The notes under the pieces: model-generated
What the model was told of the DNA's origin: nothing
Databases searched by the model: none
What the model saw: the letters and a program-made list of their open reading frames with translations, nothing else
Made by a program: the position numbers and the translations under genes
Shown: in pieces, positions 37,071-47,358 of the stretch
Position numbering within the stretch: position 1 is the stretch's first letter
Layout of the letters: every line of letters starts with the position of its first letter
From: Candidatus Woesearchaeota archaeon
GTDB lineage: Archaea; Nanobdellota; Nanobdellia; SCGC-AAA011-G17; PNOQ01
NCBI GenBank assembly: GCA_964393215.1
Contig: CAYMSW010000001.1
Span: 7,236 to 71,235 of the forward strand
Length of the DNA: 64,000 bases
Direction: 5' to 3'

Positions 37071-37511
37071 TTAGTGTACCTTCATAAATTTTCTCAATGC
37101 TATGCTGAAGATTATGGAAAATATAATATATATCCATAACCAACTGTCTATCCATAGGAATTTAACTACTTCCTCGGCATATACACTTCTCAACCATCCA
37201 AAGATGATTATAAGTGGAATAAAGGTGATAAGCATCGGTTTAAAAGAGTTTTTCATTTGAATCATTGACTTATCCATGGACTTTTTTTGTAGTTCCATGA
37301 CTTTCTCAGGATTATCTTTAAACTCTTTCATCTCCTTTCTTATTTCTTTCATCTCTGCTTTAACAGACTTCATCAGATCTTGATCGGTCATAAACTTGTA
37401 AGCCAATGTAATCAGAAGAGTCAAAACAAAAGATATGAAAATTAATCCTCCAAGGGGGTCAGCTTCTATAGCCCATCCAAAAACACTATTGAAAAAATTG
37501 TCGAATACCAT
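37071..37511 (-). CDS. DUF106 / EMC3-TMCO1 (Oxa1 superfamily) membrane protein
   Basis: TM-coiled coil-TM layout, FKPMLITFIP, WLWIYI; usual position after secY. Confidence 0.85.
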   Translation of the reverse strand: MVFDNFFNSVFGWAIEADPLGGLIFISFVLTLLITLAYKFMTDQDLMKSVKAEMKEIRKEMKEFKDNPEKVMELQKKSMDKSMIQMKNSFKPMLITFIPLIIIFGWLRSVYAEEVVKFLWIDSWLWIYIIFSIIFSIALRKFMKVH

Positions 37512-37543
37512 TCTTTAACTTTCAGCAATATTCTTTTTAAGCC

Positions 37544-38986
37544 TTACTCTCCCCCCATCATTTTTCTCAAAGCAGGATTCATATCCATCATATGCTGTTG
37601 AGCAATATCTTCATATAACCTATAAATAATCATAACAGCTAACAAGATACCAGTTCCTCTAGACAACGCACCAGTAAGATCTGCAGTAGCTGCTAAAATA
37701 CCAACTGCCGCACCACCCATAACCGTCAAAGGAGTAATGTATCTCTTCAAAACACTCTCTAAAACTCTTGGGTCTCTTCTAAAGCCAGGCATTTGCAATC
37801 CAGAAGATAATATTTGTTTAGCCTGTGACTTTGCATCCATTCCAGATGTTTGTACCCAGAAAATAGAGAACACAACTGCTCCAAGAACCATGAAAGACAT
37901 GTAAGACAATGCTTGAAGTATAGGAGTAACTCCCCAAACTCCAGATCTCATCCCACTCATTACATACTCAACTAAGTTAGGAGAGTATGTCCAATAAACT
38001 AAACCTGAAATAGGAACCTGTCCAGAAAACTGTCCAAATATATGTTGTGAAATCCAAGCCATAGCCCCGGTTTCACCAACTCTGTTCTGGAATAACCTTG
38101 CCCACAATTGAACGTTAGCCAACAAAGCAGCAACCAAAATAACTGGAATGTTAGATGTATAAATAAATTTCAAAGGCCATCTCATTCCATGACCTCTAAT
38201 TCTTCCAAAAGATAATGGAATCTCAACTTTCATAGCCTGAGCATAAACAGACATAACAAAAACAACAACGGTAAATAATATTGCAAAGAAAGGCATGGCT
38301 GCTCCCCAAATATCTGCATTCATCAAAGATCTAAAGAATACCCAAACTGCACCAACAGGTGGCAAACCAGAACCAAAAGCAAGTTTACCTGCAGTACTCA
38401 ATGGAGAAAATGCTCTAATAAATATCTCTTGCGAAACTCCTGCCGCAATAAATAAACTAACACCAGAACCAAAGCCCCATTTAGATACAACTTCGTCCAT
38501 AAATAAAATTAAAAATCCACCAAGGACTAACTGAAAAGCTAAAACGAACTGCATTGTCCTATACAAAGAAGGAGCTAATGTTGCAAGTGGTGCCAAACCA
38601 CCCATGAATACATAAATAAAAGCTTCAAATACTATGAAAAAGATTGCAAGTAATTTTTGCAAACCTTGGAAGTATTTCTTACCTTCTGCAGTTGTCAAAT
38701 CAATATTTAATATACCTGATCCAGTCAAAAGCTGCAAAACAATAGATGCAGTAACAATTGGACCAATACCCAAAGACATAATGGAACCAAAGCTTGCTCC
38801 AAGAATAATGGATAACTGTTCAAATTGAGCTAAAGAGTTTTGACCCAAACCAAACAAAGGAATCATAGAAAGAATAAAGAATGAAAACAAAATTATTCCA
38901 GTCCACTTCAATTTTTCTTTAAAGGACAATCTTTGAGTTGGACCTCTAACTTCTGGCAGATTGGCCATCAAGGTTTTTAGGAACAT
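37544..38986 (-). CDS. secY: Preprotein translocase SecY
   Basis: LGIGPIVTASI, GSGVSLFIA, YTSNIPVIL, GFRRDPR, GTGILL. Confidence 0.97.
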   Translation of the reverse strand: MFLKTLMANLPEVRGPTQRLSFKEKLKWTGIILFSFFILSMIPLFGLGQNSLAQFEQLSIILGASFGSIMSLGIGPIVTASIVLQLLTGSGILNIDLTTAEGKKYFQGLQKLLAIFFIVFEAFIYVFMGGLAPLATLAPSLYRTMQFVLAFQLVLGGFLILFMDEVVSKWGFGSGVSLFIAAGVSQEIFIRAFSPLSTAGKLAFGSGLPPVGAVWVFFRSLMNADIWGAAMPFFAILFTVVVFVMSVYAQAMKVEIPLSFGRIRGHGMRWPLKFIYTSNIPVILVAALLANVQLWARLFQNRVGETGAMAWISQHIFGQFSGQVPISGLVYWTYSPNLVEYVMSGMRSGVWGVTPILQALSYMSFMVLGAVVFSIFWVQTSGMDAKSQAKQILSSGLQMPGFRRDPRVLESVLKRYITPLTVMGGAAVGILAATADLTGALSRGTGILLAVMIIYRLYEDIAQQHMMDMNPALRKMMGGE

Positions 38987-39402
38987 ATTTCAGTTTCTCC
39001 ACCCGCTTCCTTTATTTTCTCAATAGCAGTCTTTGAAAATGATTTACACTTTACTTTTACTTTCTTTGTTAAATTTCCAGTACCTAAAACTTTATCGTAT
39101 TTAGAAGCATCAAATATGAAAAATCCACCAACTTCTTTATCTAAATTATCATTAATATATGCTAAATTCAAAACTTTATTCTTCTTACCAACTCTTCTCT
39201 GATTTTTGAAACCTTTCTTACCGAAATAAGCCAAACCAAATTCTTTCAATATAGTTGGTTTCTTCTGATCTGCTCTTTTACCAGTTCCAGCATTACCTCT
39301 TCCACCACGATTACCTGCTCCTCTATGTTTTTTCATAGAACCATAACCATGAGTGGTCTTTGCTCGCATTCTAGTTTTTTTCTTTCTCTTATTTACAGGC
39401 AT
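38977..39402 (-). CDS. rpl15: 50S ribosomal protein L15
   Basis: THGYG..KKHRGAGNRGGRG, KVLGTG. Confidence 0.95.
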   Translation of the reverse strand: MPVNKRKKKTRMRAKTTHGYGSMKKHRGAGNRGGRGNAGTGKRADQKKPTILKEFGLAYFGKKGFKNQRRVGKKNKVLNLAYINDNLDKEVGGFFIFDASKYDKVLGTGNLTKKVKVKCKSFSKTAIEKIKEAGGETEICS

Positions 39403-39403
39403 T

Positions 39404-39874
39404 TTATAACATCCTTTGTATCAAATCATTAATTTTGTCTTTTCTATAACCTAAAGCACCGCCAAGTGAAAATGGCTTCTTAGTTCCCTTAGGTGCATAG
39501 CCCTTTGTAGGAGGGTTTAATCTGAAAAATGGTTTCAAACCAGGAATATCTTTTATCTTAATTTTGCCATCAATTAATTCAGAAGATAATTCATCAAAGT
39601 TTTTCTTTACTTTTTCCTTAAGATAACTTTCTTCAACTAAAATATTACCAGGCAATCTTCCTCTCTTCTCAATTAAAAGAGAAAGTGTTTCCTTATCTAT
39701 CTCTCCCCAAGTAGAATGATCTTTTATTACCTTAATCATGCCTTTAACATCATCAGTTGAATCTAAAACTGCACAAGTATTCTTTTTATGCAAGTTCAAT
39801 AGTTTGAAAGTATTCTTTACCTTTCTAACTAACCCTTGTTGTCCAGCAATCCTAATTATAGCTACTTTAGTCAT
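39404..39874 (-). CDS. rpl30: 50S ribosomal protein L30
   Basis: TWGE, FRLNPP..G, GALGYR, INDLIQRM. Confidence 0.95.
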   Translation of the reverse strand: MTKVAIIRIAGQQGLVRKVKNTFKLLNLHKKNTCAVLDSTDDVKGMIKVIKDHSTWGEIDKETLSLLIEKRGRLPGNILVEESYLKEKVKKNFDELSSELIDGKIKIKDIPGLKPFFRLNPPTKGYAPKGTKKPFSLGGALGYRKDKINDLIQRML

Positions 39875-40634
39875 CCTTTCCTTCCGTCAAACCAGATATC
39901 TTATGATACTCTGGTCTTATTTTCATAGAGTTTAATTTTTTGAAAGCATCCATGCATGCACTAACTAAATTCAATTGTGTCTTTGTTTGCCCATACGTTT
40001 TTGAATATACATCTTTTATACCTGCAAACTTCAATATTTTTTGTATCTCTTTATGTGCAGTCAACTTAGTTCCTTTTGGTGCAGGAATAAGACTAATCTT
40101 TACACTTCCACATTTTCCAAGTGCATTAATTGGAATGGAATGATTTTCCCCACATGCACAAGACCATGAACCGCAACCTCTTCTAATCTTCATAATACTC
40201 AACTTTGCATTTCTAATTGCTTTTTCTCTGGCTGGAACAGTTTCCTTTGCTTTTCCTCTTCCAAGACCAACATAACCGTTTTTGTTACCAACAATAGCAA
40301 TTGTAGAGAATTTTGGTTTATTACCTTCACTAGTTTTCTTCTGAGTTTGTTTCCAAATACTCCTCTTACCTCCGCCAAACTTACCTTTAGATTGGCCTAC
40401 AGTAACTAAATCATATTCCAACTCGGGCAAAAGAACATCAACAATTTCTTGCTCAAGTATTTTCAAACCATTATCAAGTATTTCATCAATATTTTTTATC
40501 TCTCCGGCTTTTACCTTTTTTCCTAATTCAGTTTTAGGAATCCAATTTGAAATAGCCTCTTCCTTTCTAGATAATTCGGATTCCCTTCTGGAAACTGCAT
40601 CAGGTCTTTTCCTATTGTTTCTTTTCCTTTCCAT
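39867..40634 (-). CDS. rps5: 30S ribosomal protein S5
   Basis: WIPKTELG, RRGCGSW, LIPAPKG. Confidence 0.95.
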   Translation of the reverse strand: MERKRNNRKRPDAVSRRESELSRKEEAISNWIPKTELGKKVKAGEIKNIDEILDNGLKILEQEIVDVLLPELEYDLVTVGQSKGKFGGGKRSIWKQTQKKTSEGNKPKFSTIAIVGNKNGYVGLGRGKAKETVPAREKAIRNAKLSIMKIRRGCGSWSCACGENHSIPINALGKCGSVKISLIPAPKGTKLTAHKEIQKILKFAGIKDVYSKTYGQTKTQLNLVSACMDAFKKLNSMKIRPEYHKISGLTEGKDD

Positions 40635-41211
40635 TTGAACTTAATTTACTCCTTACTTCTTCAAAATTTTTAGGTAAATCCTCGGGATTCAACCCTTCTT
40701 TTAAATATTTTGAAAATTGTCTTTTGTGCTTCTCCTCATCAGATTTCTTCAATTCAGAAGAATAATTCGAGATTAATTTCCCGTTTAAAACATCTTCCTT
40801 TGGAAATATATCTTCAGAGTGAGGAACATCTATTCCGGAATCAACTATGCCCTTAATTGCAGAAGGCAATCTTGTTCCTTTTGTTATTGAATGAAGGCCA
40901 ATATCTATAACACCTTCAGTAATTTTTCCTTTGGCTTTTTGTCCAAAAAGTAATCCGGTTAAGTATGCTGCAGGAATTCCTCCAGTGGAACCTTTCCAAC
41001 CCAATTTTTTAAGCCCTATAGAATCAACAGTAAGCAAAATTTTATCACCATTCTCCATAAATTCAACCGCCTGTATAGTGATCTTATTTGTAGAAGGTCT
41101 CAAGACTATCCTAGTCTTACCAGAAGATATGAATTTTATTCTCTTCTTGTAATCAGTCTTACCTTTTCTCTTTCTCTTAAACTGAGTTGTGTGTGTTTTA
41201 CTTCTTGACAT
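40612..41211 (-). CDS. rpl18: 50S ribosomal protein L18
   Basis: GKTDYKKR, PAAYLTG, GIDVPH. Confidence 0.94.
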   Translation of the reverse strand: MSRSKTHTTQFKRKRKGKTDYKKRIKFISSGKTRIVLRPSTNKITIQAVEFMENGDKILLTVDSIGLKKLGWKGSTGGIPAAYLTGLLFGQKAKGKITEGVIDIGLHSITKGTRLPSAIKGIVDSGIDVPHSEDIFPKEDVLNGKLISNYSSELKKSDEEKHKRQFSKYLKEGLNPEDLPKNFEEVRSKLSSNGKEKKQ

Positions 41212-41656
41212 TTTCAAATAACCTATTATCTGTTAAGTATGTTTTTACGTGACCTTTGCTTCTGAAATAACCACCTTTTATTTTTCTATAAATTGATCTA
41301 TAAGTTGGAACTGAGATTAACTTTTTATCTCTCAATTCTTTTGCAAAAGCTCTTTGAATTCTAATCTTATTTATCCATGCTCTTTTATCTCCAAGTCTAG
41401 CAGTTCTTTTTCCTTCTCTTGATCCTGAGCCGGTCTTTCTTCCTTTTCTCTTCTGTTTAAGAAGCTTTCTTGCTCTTACTCTTGAAACTGAGCTCTTCTG
41501 TTTTTTCTTAACTGCTTTCAATACACCCAATGCCCTTATGTCGGACCTAGTTATTGCTTCCTTTATCTCAGAAAGCTTATCACTATCAAAAGTTATTCTC
41601 TTTTTACCAACCCCAAATACCTTGGATGATAATTTCTTTTGCTTATCTAAGTTCAT
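41198..41656 (-). CDS. rpl19e: 50S ribosomal protein L19e
   Basis: VGKKRI, AITRSDIR, GSREG, WINKIR. Confidence 0.94.
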   Translation of the reverse strand: MNLDKQKKLSSKVFGVGKKRITFDSDKLSEIKEAITRSDIRALGVLKAVKKKQKSSVSRVRARKLLKQKRKGRKTGSGSREGKRTARLGDKRAWINKIRIQRAFAKELRDKKLISVPTYRSIYRKIKGGYFRSKGHVKTYLTDNRLFENVKK

Positions 41657-42309
41657 TGTTTAGTTCCAGGAACACTTCTTGCCAAATGTCCGCTTTTTGC
41701 TTTGGTTGTATCTTTTTTAACATCAATTGTTTTAGGAGTCTTCTTTTCTTCTTGCTTAGCACTCATTACATCTTTCTTTACTTCATCTTGTTTCTTTTCG
41801 TCTTCCTTCTTCTCTTTTTTCTCTTCCTTCTTCTTTGTAGCCTTATCTTCTTCCTTCTTCCTCTTAGTCTTTCTACTCTTAGACATATCTTTCCTCTTAG
41901 CTAACAAAGTTTTTGTACTTTCTAAAAATAATTTGATATCTTTAACATTTGAAACAGATATATTATCTGCAAGGCATTTCTCTAAAATTTTAACCTTATT
42001 TTTCAAACCAACATTAGATGCTATGACTGCTTGATATTTTGTATTATCAAATTCTTTCAAGTCAGCAACATTTTTTAAATAATAAAGTGATTTTCCATCC
42101 AATTGTAAAGATCTAACTAACTTTGGGGATCTATATCCAACAGAAGGATTTTTCTGATGTCCTTTTTTATGCAATCTACGCTTATTATGCAAACCTCTTG
42201 GCTTTCTCCATTTAGACATTGTTTTGCCTTTCAATTTATTGGAATCCTTTCTCACAAACTTTGGCTTTCTTGCCTTCAAAGTTTTTCTAATTTCCAATAA
42301 TTCTTTCAT
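41653..42309 (-). CDS. rpl32e: 50S ribosomal protein L32e with charged C-terminal extension
   Basis: KPKFVR, WRKPRG.HNK.R, GYRSP. Confidence 0.93.
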   Translation of the reverse strand: MKELLEIRKTLKARKPKFVRKDSNKLKGKTMSKWRKPRGLHNKRRLHKKGHQKNPSVGYRSPKLVRSLQLDGKSLYYLKNVADLKEFDNTKYQAVIASNVGLKNKVKILEKCLADNISVSNVKDIKLFLESTKTLLAKRKDMSKSRKTKRKKEEDKATKKKEEKKEKKEDEKKQDEVKKDVMSAKQEEKKTPKTIDVKKDTTKAKSGHLARSVPGTKQ

Positions 42310-42854
42310 TCTTGTTGCTCCTCAGCCTTTTTTGTTATGTAAATTCCATCCTGGAATCTCCTTCTATCTCTGTTTGTAATCCTAGTAGATTTTTCCAGAT
42401 TTGCTGCGCTCTGACCAACTGCTTCAATATCTGGTCCGGAAAGAGTAATTATATCTTTGTCAATCTTAGCGTTGACAGTTTCAAGTATCTTTGCACTTCT
42501 TGGTATTTTTTCTCCCAAAAAGTTCTTAATTACCACTTTATTGCCTTCTTGAGTTACAGTCATTGGAAAGTGTCCTGAACATATTTTCAAAGTATAAACA
42601 AAATCTTTCTTAACGCCAACAAACATATTTATTATATGAGCCTTCAAAGTTTTCAAAACGGTTTTCTCTCTCTTAGATGCGTTAGCATATTCAAGAGAAA
42701 GTGTAGAATCTTCCTTCTTTACTTTAAGACCAGGATAAAAATATTTCCTCTCAAGGTTGCCATTTGGTCCTGTAACTTTCATAATTAAAGGTTCCAAAGT
42801 TACTTCAACGCCTTCGGGAATTTTTACTGTGTCTCTCAGATTTACCTTAACCAT
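42306..42854 (-). CDS. rpl6: 50S ribosomal protein L6
   Basis: IPEGV, HFPM, NFLGEK, DRRRFQDGIYI. Confidence 0.96.
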   Translation of the reverse strand: MVKVNLRDTVKIPEGVEVTLEPLIMKVTGPNGNLERKYFYPGLKVKKEDSTLSLEYANASKREKTVLKTLKAHIINMFVGVKKDFVYTLKICSGHFPMTVTQEGNKVVIKNFLGEKIPRSAKILETVNAKIDKDIITLSGPDIEAVGQSAANLEKSTRITNRDRRRFQDGIYITKKAEEQQE

Positions 42855-42855
42855 T

Positions 42856-43248
42856 TTAATAACAATAAGCGATTAGTTTTCCTCCTAAGCCTTTCTCTAC
42901 TGCCTCTTTATGTGTCATCAAACCTTTTGGAGTAGATACAATAATTATACCGAAGTCATGTGCTGGAAGATATCTCTTCTCAAATTTCTCGTATTCATTC
43001 TTCTTTACGGAAAACCTAGGCTTTATTACTCCACACTTATTTATGGTGCCGTTCAAAGTAATTTCCAAAGTTTCTCCTTTAGTACTTTCAATAGATTTGA
43101 AATCGCCAACATAATTATTATTCTTAAGAATATCAAAAACAGATTTTATCAATTTTGATGCATTCTTGATTATAGTAGTCTTGATACTTTTCTTCTCACA
43201 ATTCAAAATGTGAGACATTGCATTTGCTAATGGATCGTTTAATGACAT
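42856..43248 (-). CDS. rps8: 30S ribosomal protein S8
   Basis: DPLANA, INKCGVIKPRF, STPKGLMTH, GGKLIAY. Confidence 0.96.
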   Translation of the reverse strand: MSLNDPLANAMSHILNCEKKSIKTTIIKNASKLIKSVFDILKNNNYVGDFKSIESTKGETLEITLNGTINKCGVIKPRFSVKKNEYEKFEKRYLPAHDFGIIIVSTPKGLMTHKEAVEKGLGGKLIAYCY

Positions 43249-43257
43249 TTTTTAACC

Positions 43258-43488
43258 TCAACTGTATTTTTTGAAACCAATGCTCTTTGCTACTTCCCTA
43301 AAGCACTGTCTGCACAAACCCATACCATATTTTTGAATATGTGCACCGTTTCTTCCACATCTCCTACATTTTCTTAGCGCCTTTCCACAACTTCTTTTCT
43401 TTGGCTTATTGTGCTTGATGAACTTTGTCAACTTTGCGGGTTTTGCCTTAAGCTGCTTGAATGCTTTTCTATGATCGCTAGTGGTCAT
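43258..43488 (-). CDS. rps14: 30S ribosomal protein S14
   Basis: CRRC...[13 protein letters not shown]. Confidence 0.95.
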   Translation of the reverse strand: MTTSDHRKAFKQLKAKPAKLTKFIKHNKPKKRSCGKALRKCRRCGRNGAHIQKYGMGLCRQCFREVAKSIGFKKYS

Positions 43489-43489
43489 T

Positions 43490-44005
43490 TTACTCTTCTA
43501 CCTCCACTTTTACATTAAATTTTGTTTGAACATACTCTATTGCTTCATCCTTAGTTATAATGTGCTTTCTACCAACTTTTGCTTTGTCATACTTTCTCTT
43601 CTTAACTCTATAACCAGGTCTCTCCAAAGTAACAGCAACTTCCAAACCAACAATTCCAATTTCAGGATCGTATTGTACTCCAGGAATTTCGATATATTCT
43701 GGAATTCCAAACGAAAAGTTTCCATCCTTTCCAAATGAAGTGGGTTTTATTCTATTTTCAACTGCAACAAACAATCTTTTCAAAAGCTCTTCAGCTTCCT
43801 TGCTTCTAATAGTTACCTTTGTACCTATCTCTAAACCAGGTCTAACTCCCCATGTAGGTATTCTTTTGCTGGATGTATTGTTTACTGTCTTTCTAGAAGA
43901 GATCGTATGTAAAAGCTTAGATGCCTTTTTCAAATTCTCTCCGGCTTCTCCAACACCTTTATTCAGAGTTATTTTCTCTATCCTAATTTCTTTCATCTTA
44001 TTCAT
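43490..44005 (-). CDS. rpl5: 50S ribosomal protein L5
   Basis: IEKITLN.GVG, GNFSFGI.EY, YDPEIG. Confidence 0.96.
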   Translation of the reverse strand: MNKMKEIRIEKITLNKGVGEAGENLKKASKLLHTISSRKTVNNTSSKRIPTWGVRPGLEIGTKVTIRSKEAEELLKRLFVAVENRIKPTSFGKDGNFSFGIPEYIEIPGVQYDPEIGIVGLEVAVTLERPGYRVKKRKYDKAKVGRKHIITKDEAIEYVQTKFNVKVEVEE

Positions 44006-44699
44006 TTGGAAGCGTGATCATTGGTTTATCTTTGCCAATCACAAATGCAAAGTCTTTCAGTGTTTCAAAGTCTGTTTTTCCATCACTGAAAACTATTTTT
44101 TTAGGTTGAAGACTCTTTGATTCCTCAACACTCTTCAAAATACCGGCTTTTCCTACTTGCTTTCCACCAGTAATATAAACAACAGCACCTTTTTCAAAGT
44201 CTACCTTTTCTTTTAGTTTACCTTCGCTAAATATCAAAGTATCATAAGTTTTCCAATCTTTCTTATCAGAGAGAACATTTGTTCCATCAAACAAGTTTAT
44301 TTGCAACTTCTTACCTTTGATTGAAGTTTTACCAATAATTTTCTTAGGTTTCAACTTAGATTCAGCAGCAGAAACTTCAACGAAAGTCAATTTTCCTTTA
44401 GTACTAAACAATATTCTGTAATTTTTATCTTTCACAGTAACAATATCCATAAGACCAACGGGAAAGTTCTTATCCTTTCTAATCTTACCGTCAACCTTTA
44501 CAAGGCCCTTTGAAATAATGAATTTAACTTCTCTAGAACTTCTACATATTTTCAAAAACTCTTTCAAAAATGTTCCAAGAGATATACAACTATCTAAACT
44601 ATGTGTTCCCGAGTTAGGTTTTGCTATCCAAGCATGAGCCTTTCTGTTAATAGGCCATGTCTTAGGAGCTGCCAGTCTTTTGATGTGGTTTTTTACCAT
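43998..44699 (-). CDS. rps4e: 30S ribosomal protein S4e
   Basis: HIKRLAAP..W, VDGKIRKD..FPVGLMD. Confidence 0.95.
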   Translation of the reverse strand: MVKNHIKRLAAPKTWPINRKAHAWIAKPNSGTHSLDSCISLGTFLKEFLKICRSSREVKFIISKGLVKVDGKIRKDKNFPVGLMDIVTVKDKNYRILFSTKGKLTFVEVSAAESKLKPKKIIGKTSIKGKKLQINLFDGTNVLSDKKDWKTYDTLIFSEGKLKEKVDFEKGAVVYITGGKQVGKAGILKSVEESKSLQPKKIVFSDGKTDFETLKDFAFVIGKDKPMITLPNE

Positions 44700-45081
44700 T
44701 TTGTTTCCTCTCTAAACTTGCTTTTCTCTTTTTGTCCTCTACTTTTATTTCAGTTATCACCATATTTGATGGATGAATGGGATATGGAACTCTGCTGCTA
44801 TCTTTTTTTAATATGCCAACATTTTCTACATACACTCTCAGATTGGATCTGTTGACTTCAGATATTGCACCAGTTTTTCCTTTGAATTGTCCTCTAAGTA
44901 TCTTAACTTTGTCTCCTTTTCTTATCGGAGCATTTCTTTTTCCATATTTTTGTCTCAATTCTTTTGAAAGAGGAGCAGACATCAATTTACTTCTAATATG
45001 ACTAGGTGCATTGTAAACATACTTACGCTGCTTTCTAGGTTGTTTGCTTCCTTTCCATGTAATTGAAAAACCTGATTTCAT
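44662..45081 (-). CDS. rpl24: 50S ribosomal protein L24
   Basis: SKQPRKQRK, IRKGDKV.ILRG, IHPSN; start ATG 45081. Confidence 0.95.
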   Translation of the reverse strand: MKSGFSITWKGSKQPRKQRKYVYNAPSHIRSKLMSAPLSKELRQKYGKRNAPIRKGDKVKILRGQFKGKTGAISEVNRSNLRVYVENVGILKKDSSRVPYPIHPSNMVITEIKVEDKKRKASLERKQNGKKPHQKTGSS

Positions 45082-45082
45082 T

Positions 45083-45484
45083 TTAAACAATAATTTTTGC
45101 CAGCTTACCAACTGCTGACCACCTTTCGGTTGCCTCCTTAGCTATTGGACCCTTGAATGAAGTCCCTTTTGGATTTCCTTTCTCATCTTTACAAATTATA
45201 ACTGCATTATCGCTAAATTTTATTCTAGTTCCATCCAATCTTCTATATTCCTTTGATTGTCTTACAACAACAGCAGGAACAACTTGCTTTCTAATACTTT
45301 TATCTCCCTTTATTACTGAAACATTAACAAGGTCACCAACTCCAGCAGAAGGAAACCTTCCTTTAACTGTCTTGGATCCTTTTATCGAAATTAAATATGC
45401 AATTTTACCGCCGGAATTATCACAGATTTCCATCTTGGAGCCCCTTACAATACATCTTGGTATCCTTGCCTTTATCGCTTTCAT
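45083..45484 (-). CDS. rpl14: 50S ribosomal protein L14
   Basis: CDNSG, AGVGD, DNAVII, GPIAKEA. Confidence 0.96.
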   Translation of the reverse strand: MKAIKARIPRCIVRGSKMEICDNSGGKIAYLISIKGSKTVKGRFPSAGVGDLVNVSVIKGDKSIRKQVVPAVVVRQSKEYRRLDGTRIKFSDNAVIICKDEKGNPKGTSFKGPIAKEATERWSAVGKLAKIIV

Positions 45485-45810
45485 TTTAATTTCTCAATTA
45501 TTACAAATTTCTTTGTCTTACTGATTGGTCTACATTCGACAATTTTTACATCATCACCTACATTACAATCTAAACAAAGAGGATTATGCACGCTGAACTT
45601 TGAAGTTCTATGTTCAAATCTTTCATACTTTCTAACTGGTCTAATTCTAGATAGCTGAACTCTTGCAGTTTTGTGAGTATCTTTTGAAACAACTTTGCCT
45701 CTAAAGACACGACCCCTCAAACTTAATCCATTATGAATTGGACATTTCTTATCGTCGCACTTCTTGCTAAGTACATTCGCTTCAACTTTGATTTCTTTTC
45801 TTTCGCTCAT
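45481..45810 (-). CDS. rps17: 30S ribosomal protein S17
   Basis: CDDKKCP, KYERF, ECRPISKTK. Confidence 0.95.
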   Translation of the reverse strand: MSERKEIKVEANVLSKKCDDKKCPIHNGLSLRGRVFRGKVVSKDTHKTARVQLSRIRPVRKYERFEHRTSKFSVHNPLCLDCNVGDDVKIVECRPISKTKKFVIIEKLK

Positions 45811-46034
45811 TTTATCCTGTCCTTTAGATGTCCGACCATCGATTTTCCATCGACAATTTTTCCATCAATTTTAATCACGACTTGACTTTTGATTATTTTT
45901 TTTGTTCCTTTGTTTTCGACCACAATCATATTCTTCGTTTCGTCAATTACTTCTCCTTTCAAACCTACCAAATCCTTGTTTTCGGATTCTACCACCTCTA
46001 TATGGGAGCCAATTAATCCACCTTTCCACTTCAT
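45807..46034 (-). CDS. rnp1: Ribonuclease P protein subunit Rpp29
   Basis: LIG..IEVV, GLKGEVIDETKN; canonical operon position. Confidence 0.9.
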   Translation of the reverse strand: MKWKGGLIGSHIEVVESENKDLVGLKGEVIDETKNMIVVENKGTKKIIKSQVVIKIDGKIVDGKSMVGHLKDRIK

Positions 46035-46035
46035 T

Positions 46036-46338
46036 TTACGCTATCGTGTCTGGATTAAAGCCGAGTTTGATAAGCTCTTCCTTGACCTTTGAAATGTGAT
46101 CGCCTTGCAGTTCAATCGTTCCTTCCTTGTGAGTTCCACCACAAGCGAATTTATTCTTAAGCTGCTTTGCCAAATCCTTTATATTTATACTGTTTGGGTC
46201 AAGACCTTCAATAATCGTCACAAGTTTTCCGTAACGCTTTTTGTCCTTCCTAACAGTAATTCTTTGTTCCTCTTTGGATATGGTTTCACAAACACAAAGA
46301 TCCATTGGTAGGCCACACTTTGGGCATACGTCGCTCAT
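46036..46338 (-). CDS. Translation initiation factor SUI1/aIF1
   Basis: CPKCGLP..LCVC, ACGGT, IELQGDH. Confidence 0.95.
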   Translation of the reverse strand: MSDVCPKCGLPMDLCVCETISKEEQRITVRKDKKRYGKLVTIIEGLDPNSINIKDLAKQLKNKFACGGTHKEGTIELQGDHISKVKEELIKLGFNPDTIA

Positions 46339-46547
46339 ACCTTTTCAATACCTCCCTTGAGTTTCTTCAGTGTGTTAATTCTTGCAACAGTTCTTTTTAT
46401 TTCCTTAATCTTTCCAGGATTTTCTGGAACAGTACCTATTGCAACCTGAGCATTAATTTTGATTAGTTCCTTCTTTAACTCAACCAGCTTACCATCCAAG
46501 GCTTTCTCATTCATTTGAGTTAATTCATTCTTTCTTAGTATTGCCAT
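46335..46547 (-). CDS. rpl29: 50S ribosomal protein L29
   Basis: ENPGKIKEIKRTVARINT. Confidence 0.93.
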   Translation of the reverse strand: MAILRKNELTQMNEKALDGKLVELKKELIKINAQVAIGTVPENPGKIKEIKRTVARINTLKKLKGGIEKV

Positions 46548-47358
46548 CTTTCTCTTCCTTCATTTTCTTAAGTTCTGCTGCAGTTGGAACTTTTTCTGGT
46601 TCTGTTTTCTTTAATTCCTTTTTCTCAACCAGTTTTTCTACTTTAGGAACTTCTTTTTCTGCAGGCTTTTCTTTTACAGTTTCTTTCTCCTCAACCTTTT
46701 TCTCTACAACTTCTTCTTTCTCTTCCTTAACTTCTTCAGCTTCTGTTTCTTCGACCTGAATTTCTCTTATATTAATTGTATCAGGTAATTCAACATCAGG
46801 AGTAAGTATTGTTACTTTTACCCCAATAGCTCCAGATTTTAAATGTGCAATTGCATATCCTCTTGAAACAAGATTCTCAGATACGTCACCAGATTTCTTA
46901 AGGTGTCCTGCTGAAAATCTCCAACTCTTAGATCTTGTACTTGGAATACCTCTTCCAGTAATTACTATTTCTGCACCTTGTGCACCTGCAGTCATTATCA
47001 TATCTAACATTTTGTAACCAGTAAACTTGAAACGTCTTGGACCAAATCTCTCAAACGAGCTTACAATTTCTTTAGCAACGGATTTAGGATTCAAGAAAGG
47101 CCTGTCAATCTCACTAACTTCTATTTGAGGATTTTCCAAACCAAATTTATTCTTTAACACATCTGTCAAATCTTTAATTCCTTTACCTTTGCTTCCAACA
47201 ATTAAACCTGGTTTTGAAGTATAAACTATAATTTTTTCACCCAATGGAGTCCTTTGTATTTCCGTATGGCTATAACCAGACTTACCAACTACGTCAGACA
47301 TATGCTCCATTATTTGAAATTCTTTCAAATTTTTCTTAATAATATCTCTCTCAATCAT
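46525..47358 (-). CDS. rps3: 30S ribosomal protein S3
   Basis: RTPLG, PGLIVG..G, GAQGAEI, GVKV; charged C-terminal tail. Confidence 0.95.
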   Translation of the reverse strand: MIERDIIKKNLKEFQIMEHMSDVVGKSGYSHTEIQRTPLGEKIIVYTSKPGLIVGSKGKGIKDLTDVLKNKFGLENPQIEVSEIDRPFLNPKSVAKEIVSSFERFGPRRFKFTGYKMLDMIMTAGAQGAEIVITGRGIPSTRSKSWRFSAGHLKKSGDVSENLVSRGYAIAHLKSGAIGVKVTILTPDVELPDTINIREIQVEETEAEEVKEEKEEVVEKKVEEKETVKEKPAEKEVPKVEKLVEKKELKKTEPEKVPTAAELKKMKEEKDGNTKKE

